Shown here: positions 33,968-45,696 of the stretch, in pieces | Numbering within the stretch: the first letter of the stretch is position 1 | Layout: each line of letters begins with the position of its first letter | Source of the DNA: an uncultured delta proteobacterium | GTDB taxonomy: Bacteria > Desulfobacterota > WTBG01 > CAIYCZ01 | DNA length: 64,000 nucleotides | Assembly (NCBI GenBank): GCA_963803975.1 | Contig: CAWDOY010000003.1 | Coordinates: 112,446-176,445, forward strand | Direction: 5' to 3' | The notes under the pieces: generated by a model | The model's database searches: none | What the model was told of the DNA's origin: nothing | Seen by the model: the letters and a program-made list of their open reading frames with translations, nothing else | Translations under genes and position numbers: made by a program

Positions 33968-34198
33968 ATGGCAGAGAGGCAAACGGTTCATAATTGGCTC
34001 AAATGGCTCATCGGGAACCAGACACCAAAGTGGCCACAAAGGAGCCAAATGCGCCACATCAAGTATCGAAAGGCCGTCGGTGGGATTACCGGGGAAGTTA
34101 CCGGGGAAGTTACCGGGGAAGTACAGAGGCTTCTCAGTGTACTGGCTGGAGAGATGAAACGTACGGTTATCCAGGAGGGCTCTGGCCCTCCGGCATGA
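33968..34198 (+). pseudogene. remnant ORF with three 12-bp tandem repeats ((TGEV)n)
   Basis: ggggaagttacc x3 at 34087-34125; no start context. Confidence 0.25.
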
Positions 34199-34239
34199 AG
34201 ACTACTTCAGGGAGGCTTATCTTCTTCCGGCGCTAACTT

Positions 34240-34560
34240 GTTCGCGGTCAAAGAGTGATTATGGATTGCGATCTTGCAGCGTTAAACGGCATTCCGACCT
34301 TTAGATTTAATGAAGCGGTAAAGCGCAACCAAAAACGGTTCCCTGATGATTTTATGTTTCAATTAACTGCTCCGGAATATGCAGTTTTGACATCGCAATT
34401 TACGATGTCAAAACCTGGCAGGGGTGGACGAAGAACCCTTCCTTATGTCTTTACCGAACACGGTGCCATCATGGCGGCAAACATAAGGCTAAGAGCTGAT
34501 AGCTCTTGCACCGGTGCTGAAGGCTACTAAAAAGAAAAAAGAAGGCAAGATGCCTAGTAA
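34240..34560 (+). pseudogene. ORF6N-domain gene copy A, 5'-truncated and internally deleted
   Basis: IRGQRVIMDCDLAALNGIP...RFPDDFMFQLT...GGRRTLPYVFTEHGAIMAAN, then a remnant of the family's 3' end (gtgaactaaaca). Confidence 0.5.
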
Positions 34561-34611
34561 CAAAAAGAGGGAAATGTGAACTAAACAACAGGCAGATAAC
34601 TATTTAAAAGT

Positions 34612-36190
34612 GGCTGTGGGGGTGTTGAAAAAGTCTCCGTGAGAAATGATTATATGATATGCTGCAGAGCAAAATCAAACATAATCATGGAGACATTATG
34701 ATAGGCAAGCAGGACCGTTGGCAGCGGCACTTATTTATCGCAGGAGACATCGATCAGTTCATTCCTGAAGATCACATACTGCGGCGGGTAGATAGAATCC
34801 TTGATTTGAGCTGGTTGCGAGAAGAAGTGCGGGGGAGTTACTGTGAAGAAAACGGACGGCCAGGGATAGACCCGGAAGCAGCAGTACGGCTGATGCTGGC
34901 CGGGTTTTTTCATGGGGTAGTGCATGATCGGAAGTTAATGAGAGAGGCACAGGTAAATCTGGCGCTCCGATGGTTTGCGGGATACAGTCTGGAAGATAAA
35001 TTGCCGGATCATTCGAGCCTGAGCCGGATACGGCAGCGCTGGGGGGAAGAGCGGTTTAAGAAGATATTTCAGAGGACGGTACAGAGCTGTATAGCAAAGG
35101 GGTTGGTGAGCGGAGAAACAGTGCATATCGATGCGACCTTGATACGAGCGGACGTGTCGTGGGAGAGCATAACCGAGAGACACGCAGAGCAGGTGGTGGC
35201 AGAGAACAATACCGAGGAGGACAACCGGGCGGAAGATCCATTGCCACGGGGGCCGGGACGACCGCGGACAAAGAAGGAGCATCCGAAGAAGGTAAGCAGT
35301 ACCGACCCGGAGGCAACGCTGGTGACCTCACGGAGGGATTTTCACCTTGAGCCGTCATACAAACAGCACACGGCAGTCGATGACAAGGAAGGGGTAATCG
35401 TAGATATTGAGATAACGACTGGAGAAGCGAATGAGGGCCAACGGTTACTTGAGACGGTAGAACGAATTGAGCAGACAACCGGGAAGAAGCTGGGCCGGGT
35501 AACGGCAGACAAGAGCTACGCACATGCACGGAATTATGAGGGGTTAGAGAAACGAGGGATAGATGGCATCATACCGCCGGAGCGGGAGCGGGTGAAGGAG
35601 AAGCGGATACCGATCAGGCGGTTCAAATATGACGGCAAGCATCAACGGGTACGGTGTCCTGGAGGTAAAAGTCTGGAGCGGGCAAACCGTACGAAGAATG
35701 GGTGGTTCTACCGCGCACGGAAGAGTGATTGTAGCGCTTGTCCACTACAGAAACGCTGTATCCCTGAGACAGCGAAGGCACGGGTGATACTCATTGTAGA
35801 CGGCTATGAGGCACTGTTGCGAGCGCGCAGGAGAAAGAACCGTGGCTGGGATACAGATACGCAACGGGTCTATAACCGGCATCGGGTTTATGTTGAAGGA
35901 GTGCATGGTGAGGGTAAAACGCAGCATGGCTTGCGGCGGGCAGTACGTCGCGGATTAGCAAATGTGGCGATTCAAGTGTATTTGATAGCGGCAGTAATCA
36001 ATCTGAAGCGGCTGGCCAAGGCCTTAAGCCCCCGACCAGATGATGGAGACTGGTATTTAATTATTCGTAACAGGTTAGGAGCTGTTATTAAACAGTTTTT
36101 TGGTGATTGGGTAGAAAAACTGTATAGCGCTTTGTTTTGTGCTGCATGACAATACTTATAGAGGGGGTTTTTCAACACCCCCGCTGTCCC
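34612..36190 (+). mobile_element. IS5/IS1182-family insertion sequence
   Basis: Terminal inverted repeats GGGGGTGTTGAAAAA (34618-34632) and TTTTTCAACACCCCC (36168-36182) flank a 496-aa DDE transposase. Confidence 0.8.
34659..36149 (+). CDS. IS5/IS1182-family DDE transposase
   Basis: N-terminal InsH-like domain (IPEDHILRRVDRILDLSWL...PDHSSLSRIRQRW); 496 aa. Confidence 0.85.
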   Translation: MLQSKIKHNHGDIMIGKQDRWQRHLFIAGDIDQFIPEDHILRRVDRILDLSWLREEVRGSYCEENGRPGIDPEAAVRLMLAGFFHGVVHDRKLMREAQVNLALRWFAGYSLEDKLPDHSSLSRIRQRWGEERFKKIFQRTVQSCIAKGLVSGETVHIDATLIRADVSWESITERHAEQVVAENNTEEDNRAEDPLPRGPGRPRTKKEHPKKVSSTDPEATLVTSRRDFHLEPSYKQHTAVDDKEGVIVDIEITTGEANEGQRLLETVERIEQTTGKKLGRVTADKSYAHARNYEGLEKRGIDGIIPPERERVKEKRIPIRRFKYDGKHQRVRCPGGKSLERANRTKNGWFYRARKSDCSACPLQKRCIPETAKARVILIVDGYEALLRARRRKNRGWDTDTQRVYNRHRVYVEGVHGEGKTQHGLRRAVRRGLANVAIQVYLIAAVINLKRLAKALSPRPDDGDWYLIIRNRLGAVIKQFFGDWVEKLYSALFCAA

Positions 36191-36194
36191 CACA

Positions 36195-36614
36195 TAAGGC
36201 GGATTTCCTGAAGATTTCATGTTTGTGCTATCCAGCGAAGAAGCTAAAAACTTGAGGTCACAAATTGTGACCTCAAGTTTACCCCATTGGGGTGGTTCCC
36301 GCTATCTGCCTATGGCCTTTACTGAACAGAGCGTTGCAATGTTGTCCAGTGTACTTAAAAGTGATCGAGCTATAGAGGTTAACATCCAGATTATGAGGGT
36401 GTTCACCAGGCTTAGACAAATACTCTTGGGCAATAAAGATCTAAGGCGGGAACTTGAAGAATTAAAGCGGGTTACTGATGATAGGTTTCGTGTCGTTTTC
36501 GAGACACTGGACCAGTTGTTAAGTAATGATGAAAGGCCCAAACGAAAAATCGGGTTCGAGGTGAAGGAAAGGGCGGCAAGATACCGGGTAAACAGAAAGA
36601 AAACTGTGAACTAA
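36195..36614 (+). pseudogene. ORF6N-domain gene copy B, N-truncated at the IS right end
   Basis: Resumes at RFPEDFMF right after the IS right IR; C-terminus KERAARYRVNRKKTVN. Confidence 0.55.
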
Positions 36615-36649
36615 ACATAAAGTTAAGATAACGGGCGCTGTTCCCATTA

Positions 36650-36760
36650 CCCATTGGTCACGAGACCCGAGTCACGAGCCACGATTCAGCTGACTGCTGT
36701 AGTCTATTTTGCACGATTCACAGGTCACGGGTCACTTGCTTGCGAGCCCCGTCCCTAACC
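36650..36760. repeat. cluster of GTCACG(A/G)G direct repeats
   Basis: ggtcacgag, agtcacgag, ggtcacggg and ggtcactt occur within ~100 bp upstream of 36780. Confidence 0.4.
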
Positions 36761-36779
36761 CCTAGTTAGAGAGAGCATT

Positions 36780-37340
36780 ATGATGAAAAAGACACTACGC
36801 ATACTGTTTTTCATCCTTATCGTGCTGGGTGGTGTTGGATTTTATTTCACGCCATATATATCCTTTCACAACATGAGACTAACGGCTGAGAATCGCGATG
36901 CAGTGACATTGACAGATTATATTGACTATCCGTCGCTCAAGGAAAGCTTGAAAGTAAATTTACATGCCCGGATGTCAGGTGAGGCTCAGGGCAAACAGGA
37001 TAAAGACCCGTTTGAGAAAGTGGGTGAAGCTATTGTTTCAGCTTTTATCAATCCGGTGGTTGATGCATTTGTCACGCCTGAAAGCCTGAGTATGATGATG
37101 CGGGGCTATATACCGCCAGTCAATAAATCAGATCGCACGTCAGAAAAGAAATCAGAAAATGCTTCAAAAAAGAAAACCTCACATGATGATTCGGATATCG
37201 AAACCACAATGTATTATGAGAGCTTTAATCGCTTTGTGGTGAAGGTGAAGAATAAAGATTCTGCTGAAGATCCGGTCGAACTTATATTCAGGCGGGATGG
37301 GGTTATTTACTGGAAACTATCTGCCATAAAGCTGCCTTAG
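36780..37340 (+). CDS. membrane-anchored DUF2939-like protein
   Basis: N-terminal TM segment (ILFFILIVLGGVGFYF); 186 aa. Confidence 0.35.
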   Translation: MMKKTLRILFFILIVLGGVGFYFTPYISFHNMRLTAENRDAVTLTDYIDYPSLKESLKVNLHARMSGEAQGKQDKDPFEKVGEAIVSAFINPVVDAFVTPESLSMMMRGYIPPVNKSDRTSEKKSENASKKKTSHDDSDIETTMYYESFNRFVVKVKNKDSAEDPVELIFRRDGVIYWKLSAIKLP

Positions 37341-37440
37341 TAAAAGAAGCAGCCATGAGGGTGCGGCAATACTTTTAAGAGAAGAGGATTAAAATAACGT
37401 GCTCTATTATTGGCTTCTTCAAGGTAAAAAAGGGGAATGA

Positions 37441-38039
37441 TTGATGAAAGATAAACTATCCAGATATGAGCCAGAAGATATTGAAAGAAGAATTTATACT
37501 ATTCGCGGTCAAAGAGTGATTATGGATTGCGATCTTGCAACATTATACGTCATTCCGACCTTTAGATTTATGAAGCGGTAAAGCGCAACCAAAAACGTTT
37601 CCCTGATGATTTTATGTTTCAATTAACTGCTCCGGAATATGCAGTTTTGACATCGCAAATTGCGATGTCAAAACCTGGCAGGGGAGGACGAAGAACCCTT
37701 CCGTATGTCTTTACCGAACATGGTGCCATCATGGCGGCGAATGTGCTCAATAGCCCGAAAGCAATAGAGATGAGTGTTTTTGTCGTCCGTGCATTCATTA
37801 AGATGCGTGAAACTCTTGCTAATAATAAAGCACCGGCGTTAGAATTGTCAGAGCTTGAAAAGAAACTTACCGGGCGGCTTAATGTCCATGAAAGAGCCAT
37901 TGTGCATGTTTTGGCCGAGATAAGAAAGTTAATGGCTTCAGCAGAGCCGTCACCTGAACCGACAAAACAAAAAATAGGATTTACGGTAAAGGAGAAGGCG
38001 GCAAGATACCAGATAACAAGAAAGAAAACTGTAAACTAA
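37441..38039 (+). pseudogene. ORF6N-domain gene copy C with a 1-nt frameshift near 37570
   Basis: MKDKLSRYEPEDIERRIYTIRGQRVIMDCDLA then a stop; resumes in FPDDFMFQLTAPEYAVL...AARYQITRKKTVN. Confidence 0.55.
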
Positions 38040-38064
38040 ACATAAAGATAATAAACAGGATTCT

Positions 38065-39525
38065 ATGTTTGAACAAGCCTTCAAAAACATCGACGACGTC
38101 CTCTGGAAAGAGGCCGGCTGCACCACCGAGCTGGACTACACCGAGCAGACCTCCTGGCTGCTGTTCCTGAAATACCTCGACGGGCTGGAGCAGGACAAGG
38201 CCGATGGAGGCCGCGCTGGAGGGGAAGAAGTACACCTACATCCTCGACAAGCCCTACCGCTGGGAAAGCTGGGCCGCGCCCAAGGGCAAGGACGGCAAGC
38301 TCGACCACAACAAGGCCCTGACCGGCGACGACCTGCGCGACTTCGTCAATCAGAAGCTCTTTCCCTACCTGCACGGCTTCAAGCAGAAGGCCAGCGGGCC
38401 GAACACCATCGAATACAAGATCGGGGAGATCTTCGGCGAGATCAAAAACAAGATCCACAGCGGCTACAACCTGCGCGAGATCATCGACCACATCGACGAA
38501 CTGCGCTTCCGCTCGCAGACCGAGAAGCACGAGCTCTCGCACCTCTACGAAGCCAAGATCAAGAACATGGGCAACGCCGGGCGCAACGGCGGCGAGTATT
38601 ACACCCCGCGCCCGCTCATCCGCGCCATCGTGCAGGTGGTCAAGCCCAAGATCGGCGAGCGCATCTACGACGGCGCGGTCGGCTCGGCGGGCTTCTTGTG
38701 CGAAGCGTTCGACTACCTGAAGAGCCAAGCCCAAGCTGCACCACCGCCAGGACCTGAAGACGCTGCAGGAGCGCACCTTCTACGGCAAGGAAAAGAAGTC
38801 GCTCGCCTACGTCATCGCGATCATGAACATGATCCTGCACGGCATCGAGGCGCCGAACATCATCCACACCAACACGCTCACCGAGAACCTCGCCGACATT
38901 CAGGAGAAGGACCGCTATCGACGTGGTGCTGGCCAATCCGCCCTTCGGCGGCAAGGAGCGCAAGGAGGTCCAGCAGAACTTCCCCATCCGCACCGGCGAG
39001 ACCGCCTTCCTGTTCCTCCAGCACTTCATCAAGATGCTCAAGGCCGGCGGGCGCGGCGGCGTGGTCATCAAGAACACCTTCCTCTCCAACACCGACAACG
39101 CCTCGGTGAGCCTGCGCAAGCTGCTGCTGGAAAGCTGCAACCTGCACACCGTGCTCGACTGCCCCGGCGGCACGTTCCAGGGCGCGGGCGTGAAGACCGT
39201 GGTGCTGTTCTTCGAGAAGGGCGCGCCGACCCGCAAGGTCTGGTACTACCAGCTCGACCCCGGCCGCAACCTGGGCAAGACCAACCCGCTCAACGATGAC
39301 GACCTCGCCGAGTTCGTCGAACTGCAAAAGACCTTCGCCGACTCGCCCAAGAGCTGGAGCGTGGACGCCAAGAGCATCGACCAGACGACCTTCGATCTCT
39401 CCGTGAAGAACCCCAACGGCGGCGAGGAAGTCACCCACCGCAGCCCGCAGGAGATCATGGACGAGATCGCCGCGCTGGATGCCGAGAGTGCGGAGGTGCT
39501 GGCGAACATCAGGGCGCTGCTATGA
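38065..39525 (+). pseudogene. hsdM: type I R-M methyltransferase subunit, at least 3 frameshifts, ~65% GC
   Basis: HsdM_N start MFEQAFKNIDDVLWKEAGCTTELDYTEQTSWLLFLKYLD; NPPFGG motif in ORF 38923..39525; read through 4 overlapping ORFs. Confidence 0.75.
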
Positions 39526-40770
39526 AGAACGGGTGGCAAACGAAGAACGCTTGGGCGACGTCTGCGAGTCATCGACTACGGGCAAGCACGCCAGCAAAGA
39601 CAATCGACCGTTCTGACGGCAATCACTGACGAATGTGATATCTGCGGTCATTACAGACTGTAACCGATGAAAGTTCGTTGACAGACCGAGACATGTCGAT
39701 ATGGTCAGCGATGCTCGAGCAATTCCAGAAGGGTGACGTTCTGTTTGCGACATCACTGAGTCACGTCGGGCAAGGTCGCGCATTGCATACTGACGAGCGA
39801 GTTGCTATCGGCACGACGATGCGCATTGTCTGCATCCGACCAATGACGCAAGCTATTGACTCGAGATTCTTGCTTTACTATCTGCTTCTATCGACTAGTT
39901 CAAGAGCATGTTCGAGCAGCAGATGGAGTCAGGCGCGACCGTCAAGCGTAATCAAAGTCGAGCTTCAAGAGCATTCAGATTCCCATTCCCCCGCTCCCCG
40001 AACAGCAGCGGATCGTCGGCATCCTCGACGAAGCGTTTGACGGCATCGCCACCGCCAAAGCCAACGCCGAAAAGAACCTCCAAAACGCCCGCGCCCTCTT
40101 CGAAAGCCACCTCCAATCCGTCTTCACCCAGCGCGGCGAGGGGTGGGTGGAGAAGACGCTTGGAGAATCTGTCGAATGATCAACGGCGACAGCGGAAGCA
40201 CTATCCGACCGAGAGAATACGTCGAGACGGCATTCCTGTTGTGAACACCGGACAAACGTTCGATGCACGATGGTACTTGTCGCAGACGATATATGAGTTA
40301 CATTCGACCAAGGATGCTACGAATCCACGAAGACGTGCAAATTCAGCAGGCGGCGACGTCTGATTGTTGCATCGACGGCGCAACCGCTGGAAGAGCGGCA
40401 TTGCGATTGTCCGACACCGCAGCGAGCTTACGACATCTGCTTGATCAGCGTCGATCTCAGTTACAGCAAGCAGTCGCGACATAGTCGCTTCGCTTTATCT
40501 GCTATGCTTCAAGTCCGAGGATCTTTCAGGCAGACATCACGTTGATGACAGTTCTGGCAGCTGCACAACAGCTCAACTTGAGACTAAAGCTGTTGAGACT
40601 CTTCGATGCCATCTCCTGAATCGACCGAACAAGCAAGTCAGTATCTCGAAAGCTCGATGACCTCGTCAGACCGAAACCCAACGCCTCGAATCCATCTACC
40701 AGCAGAAGCTCGCCGCACTGGAGGAGTTGAAAAAATCGCTGCTGCACCAAGCCTTCAGCGGCCAACTTTA
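39522..40770 (+). pseudogene. hsdS: type I R-M specificity subunit, heavily frameshifted
   Basis: LGDVCE..., DSRFLLYYLL..., IPIPPLPEQQRIVGILDEAF... and ...YQQKLAALEELKKSLLHQAFSGQL lie in different frames. Confidence 0.55.
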
Positions 40771-40780
40771 GGAATACGCC

Positions 40781-43196
40781 ATGAACGAAGCCGAAACCCG
40801 AGCCGAACATATCGACCCTGCGCTGAAAGCGGCGGGCTGGGGCGTGGTTGAAGGCAGCCGCATCCGGCGCGAGTATCCGATCACGCTGGGCCGCATCGAA
40901 GGCCACGGCAAGCGCGGCAAGGCGCTGACCGCCGATTATGTGCTGGAGTACCGCAACACCAAGCTGGCGGTGGTCGAGGCCAAGGCGTGGGACAAACCGC
41001 TGACCGAAGGCGTGGGGCAGGCCAAGGACTACGCCGGCAAGCTGGCCATCCGCTTCACCTATGCCACCAACGGCCAGGGCATCTACGGCATCGACATGGA
41101 GACCGGCGCCGAGGGCGAACTGGCGCAGTATCCGACGCCGGATGAACTGTGGAACCGGACCTTTGCCACGCAGAACGCCTGGCGCGACCGCTTCGCCGCC
41201 GTGCCGTTCGAGGACAAGGGCGGCTACTTCCAGGGCCGCTACTATCAGGACATCGCCATCGAGCGGGTGCTGGAGGCCATCGCCGACGGACAAGCAGCGC
41301 ATCCTGCTGACGCTGGCCACCGGCACGGGCAAGACCTTCATCGCCTTCCAGATCGCCTGGAAGCTGTTCCACAGCCGCTGGAACCTGACCGACTGGAAGA
41401 CGGAGGGCGAACCAACGCGCCGGCCGCGCATCCTGTTCCTGGCCGACCGCAACATTCTGGCCGACCAGGCATACAACGCCTTTTCCGCCTTTCCCGAAGA
41501 CGCCCTGGTGCGCATCGCCCCGGACGACATCACGCAAGAAGGGCAAGGTGCCGAAGAACGGCAGCATCTTCTTCACCATCTTCCAGACCTTCATGAGCGG
41601 GCCGCCCAAGGATGGCCAGCCATCGCCCTATTTCGGCGAGTATCCGCCGGACTTCTTCGACTTCATCGTCATCGACGAGTGCCACCGCGGCGGCGCCAAC
41701 GACGAGAGCAACTGGCGCGGCATCCTGGACTACTTCGCCCCTGCCGTGCAGCTCGGCCTGACCGCCACGCCCAAGCGCAAGGACAACGTGGACACCTACG
41801 CCTATTTCGGCGAGCCGGTCTACATCTACTCGCTGAAGGACGGCATCAACGACGGCTTTCTCACGCCGTTCCGGGTGAAGCAGATTTCCACGACGCTGGA
41901 CGAGTACGTCTATACGCCCGACGACACGGTGGTCGAGGGCGAGATCGAGGCGGGCAAGCGGTACGAGGAACCCGACTTCAACAAGATCATCGAGATCAAG
42001 GAGCGGGAGAAGAAGCGGGTCGAAATCTTCATGTCGCAGATCGACCAGCGGGAGAAGACGCTGGTCTTCTGCGCCACCCAGGACCATGCGCTGGCGGTGC
42101 GCGACCTCATCAACCAGATGAAGACCAGCACCGACCCGAACTACTGCCAGCGGGTGACGGCCAACGACGGCGCGCTGGGCGAACAGCACCTGCGGGACTT
42201 CCAGGACAACGAGAAGACCATCCCGACCATCCTGACCACCTCGCAGAAGCTCTCGACCGGCGTGGATGCCCGCAATATCCGCAACATCGTGCTGATGCGC
42301 CCGATCAACTCGATGATCGAGTTCAAGCAGATCATCGGGCGCGGCACACGGCTCTACGACGGCAAGGACTACTTCACGATCTACGATTTCGTGAAGGCGC
42401 ACCATCATTTCAGCGATCCGGAGTGGGATGGCGAGCCGCTTGAGCCGGAAACTGTCCAAAATGCGGCTGCTATCCCTGCCAATGCGAAAAGCCACCGCCG
42501 AAACCTTGTCCGGTCTGCGGCAAGCAGCCTTGCGAATGCGTCGAAAGAACCGTGCCCGAACTGCGGCAAGCGTCCGTGCGTGTGCAAGAAGAAAGCGAAG
42601 GTGAAGCTCGCCGACGGCAAGGAACGCACCATCCAGCACATGATGGTGACGAGCTTCTGGCACCCCGACGGCACGCCGATGTCGGCGCAGCAGTTCATGG
42701 AAGTGCTCTTCGGCAAGCTGCCGGAGTTCTTCAAGGACGAAGAGGAACTGCGCGCCCTCTGGAGCGCGCCGGATACGCGCAAGAAGCTGCTGGAGGGACT
42801 GGCCGAAAAGGGCTTCGGCAAAGATCAACTGGCCGAGATGCAGAAGATCATCGACGCCGAGAAGAGCGACCTGTTCGACGTGCTGGCCCATGTGGCCTAT
42901 GCCCTGCCGCCGCTCACCCGTGAGGAACGGGCCGCAAAGGCCAAGGTCATCATCAGCACAGCATTTCAACAGCAAGCAGCAGGTCTTCCTCGACTTCGTG
43001 CTGTCGCATTACGTGAGCGTCGGCGTGGAGGAACTCGACCAGGACAAAGCTGACACCGCTGCTGCGGCTCAAGTATCACGACTCCATTGCCGATGCCGTG
43101 GCCGACCTGGGCAAGCCGGAGGAGATTGGCAAGGTGTTCGCCGGCTTCCAGAAGTACCTCTATCAGCAGCAAGCGGCAGTAACGCAAGAAAAATAA
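40781..43196 (+). pseudogene. hsdR: type I restriction enzyme R subunit, at least 4 frameshifts
   Basis: N-terminus ETRAEHIDPALKAAGW; helicase motifs [24 protein letters not shown]; read across ORFs 40781/41061/41548/42890. Confidence 0.75.
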
Positions 43197-43259
43197 GTTA
43201 AATACGGGCTAACAAGGCACCGTACACACAGGGCAACAGATACTATTCGTGGAGTATAC

Positions 43260-44327
43260 ATGGTGAGTGATAAACTGCTGAAAAAAACAATTTCGGCACA
43301 GGGCGAAGTTTTACTCTATCAGACCGAAGACGGCGCAACTCGAATTGAAGTACGAATGGAGGGTGAAACCGTCTGGATGACGCAGGGAACCATGGCGGAA
43401 CTGTATCAGAACCACGCCGCAAAATATCACGCTTCATTTAAAAGCCATTTATGAGGAGGGCGAACTGGAGGAAGGAGCAACTTGTAAGGAATTCTTACAA
43501 GTTCAAAATGAAGGGGCGCGGAAGGTGACCCGGTCACGAAAATTCTACAGTCTGCCTGCTATTCTTGCAGTCGGCTATCGTGTGCGCTCACACCGGGGAA
43601 CACAGTTCCGGCAATGGGCAACTGAACGGCTTACTGAATATCTCGTCAAGGGCTTTAACCTTGATGACGAGCGATTTAAAAGAGCTGGCGGCGGCGGATA
43701 TTTCGATGAGCTGCTCGCCCGCATCCGCGACATACGCTCATCAGAGAAGGTTTTCTGGCGCAAGGTGCTTGATATTTACGCCACGAGCATTGACTATGAC
43801 TCTCCACGGAAATGTCACAGAAATTCTTTGCCACAGTGCAGAACAAAATGCACTGGGCTGCCCACGGCCACACCGCAGCGGAGGTAATCGCCGCGCGTGT
43901 CGATTCTGAAAAACCCAGCATGGGACTCACCAGCTGGACTGGCGCTCATCCCAACAAAGATGATGTGAGCATTGCGAAGAACTATCTCGACGAAAAGGAA
44001 CTCGATGCGCTCAATCGCATTGTGACACTGTATTTGGAATTTGCAGAACTTCAGGCATTGAACCGTAAACCCATGTATATGGGCGAATGGATCGCCAAGC
44101 TCGACGAATTTCTACGAATAAGTGAGCGCGATATTCTTACTCATGCAGGCAAGGTGAGCCATGAGAACGCTCTACTGAAAGCTGAAACTGAATATCAGAA
44201 GTTCGAGCAGAAGCGTCTGGCTGAACCGACACAGGCGGAGAAGGATTTTGAGGAAGCCGTGAAGAAACTGAGGAAGCTGAAAGCACCCAGCAGGGGAGCA
44301 AAAAAGCCAAAAGGAAAGATGTCATGA
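43260..44327 (+). pseudogene. RhuM-family protein, full length but in three frames
   Basis: VLLYQTEDGATRIEVRMEGETVWMTQ; VGYRVRSHRGTQFRQWATERLTEYLVKGF; FATVQNKMHWAAHGHTAAEVI. Confidence 0.65.
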
Positions 44328-44449
44328 ACCGTTATGTAAATGCAATCGCCGGGCGATTAAGTCTGCGGCAGCCACAGCGTCGCTTCTTGAGAATTAAAGG
44401 GGCAGAGCCCAAAAGACTGCTTCGGTGAAGAATAATATGGAGATAGAAA

Positions 44450-45692
44450 ATGCCTTTAAAATCCTACGAGCACTGCTGTTCTTCCTGTATTGCTCTTGCT
44501 AATCTCGGAAAGATTGAGGGAGTGATACCCATCCTCCATGGACCGCAGGCCTGCGCCTTCGGCAATCAGATCGGCTCCATGTTCTGCCGGCCATCCCGGT
44601 TGCTGACCATTGGCACCACACTTAAAAAGAGTGAAGTTATTTTTGGCGGTGAAGATAAGCTCAAAGAACAGATTGTTAATGTCTATAAACAATACAAGCC
44701 CAAAATTATCGTGATTATTAACACCTGTGTTCCGCAGCTCATAGGCGAAGATTTAAAGGGAGTAATCATCGAGCTGAAGGAAGAACTGCCGGAGCTGAAG
44801 GTGACCTATTGTGAGACCGGATTCAATCAGCCAAAATCTACCCCACTGGGCAATGACGTATCATGGCGGGCGATTATTGACGTGCTGGAGCCCAGGGATA
44901 TGATCAAGGGCTCAGTGGGAATACTGGGGAGGGCAGGGCAGGATGCGGACAGCATGGGCTGTCTTGACGTCTCTGTTGCGGGAAGCGGGTATTACCACGT
45001 TTGCTTTTCCTGCCGGGCACCTTGAAGAAATGGAGAAGATTGTCCAGGCTGAGTATCTGTTCCCCATTCATTTAGTCCCCTATCTGACCAGCAAACGGAT
45101 TAATGAACGGTTTGGCTCAAAGACTGTTTATATTGAACTGCCGGTGGGGATTGCCGGGACTACCAATTTTCTACGCGGAGTTGCCGACCTGACAGGCAGC
45201 ATTAAACTTAAAGAAATTGCAGACCGTGAAGAAAAAAGATCATTGCCGCGATTAGAGAAAATAAGGGAGCAATTCAGACAGAAGCCAACAAAGGTTCTGT
45301 TAGTATCCGGGCCTGCCAATGAAACATCAATTGGGAAAATACTGGCTGAATTCGGAGCAGAAGTGATTATTGTGCCATCCATGCGCAATGCCTTTGCCCG
45401 CCAGGAGCAGGACATTTTGCAAAAGCGCTATGGCTCCCGCATTATCTTCCATGAAAATGACTTTAACAAAGTTTCAGACCTTGTAGGTTTATATAAGCCG
45501 GATGTTGTGTTTGGTGATTTCCAGGCACGCGTTGAGGTTATACGAAACCTTATCCCCTGTCTCATCAACGAGAACTATTTGAATGAATACGGCTATGATT
45601 ATGCCCTGGACTTTGGTGAAAACTTTTTTGAGAACTTGAAGCAGCCATTTTTTACCGAGTGGAAGGATATTATGCGTCAATACGCAGGATAG
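44450..45692 (+). CDS. nitrogenase component 1-type oxidoreductase, NifD/NifE/BchN-like (copy 1), one frameshift near 44960
   Basis: ALANLGKIEGVIPILHGPQACAFG; the second ORF 44943..45692 continues the fold. Confidence 0.7.
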
Positions 45693-45696
45693 AATC

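Noticed and set aside
33968-34198. CRISPR-like array suggested by short perfect repeats (ggggaagttacc x3)
   Set aside because: The repeats are 12 bp, contiguous and coding ((TGEV)n). There are no spacers and no cas genes, so this is not a CRISPR array.
38081-39438. Long minus-strand ORFs (231, 198, 186 aa) inside the high-GC block
   Set aside because: High GC suppresses stop codons on all frames. The plus strand carries clear HsdM/HsdS/HsdR motifs, so these are spurious.
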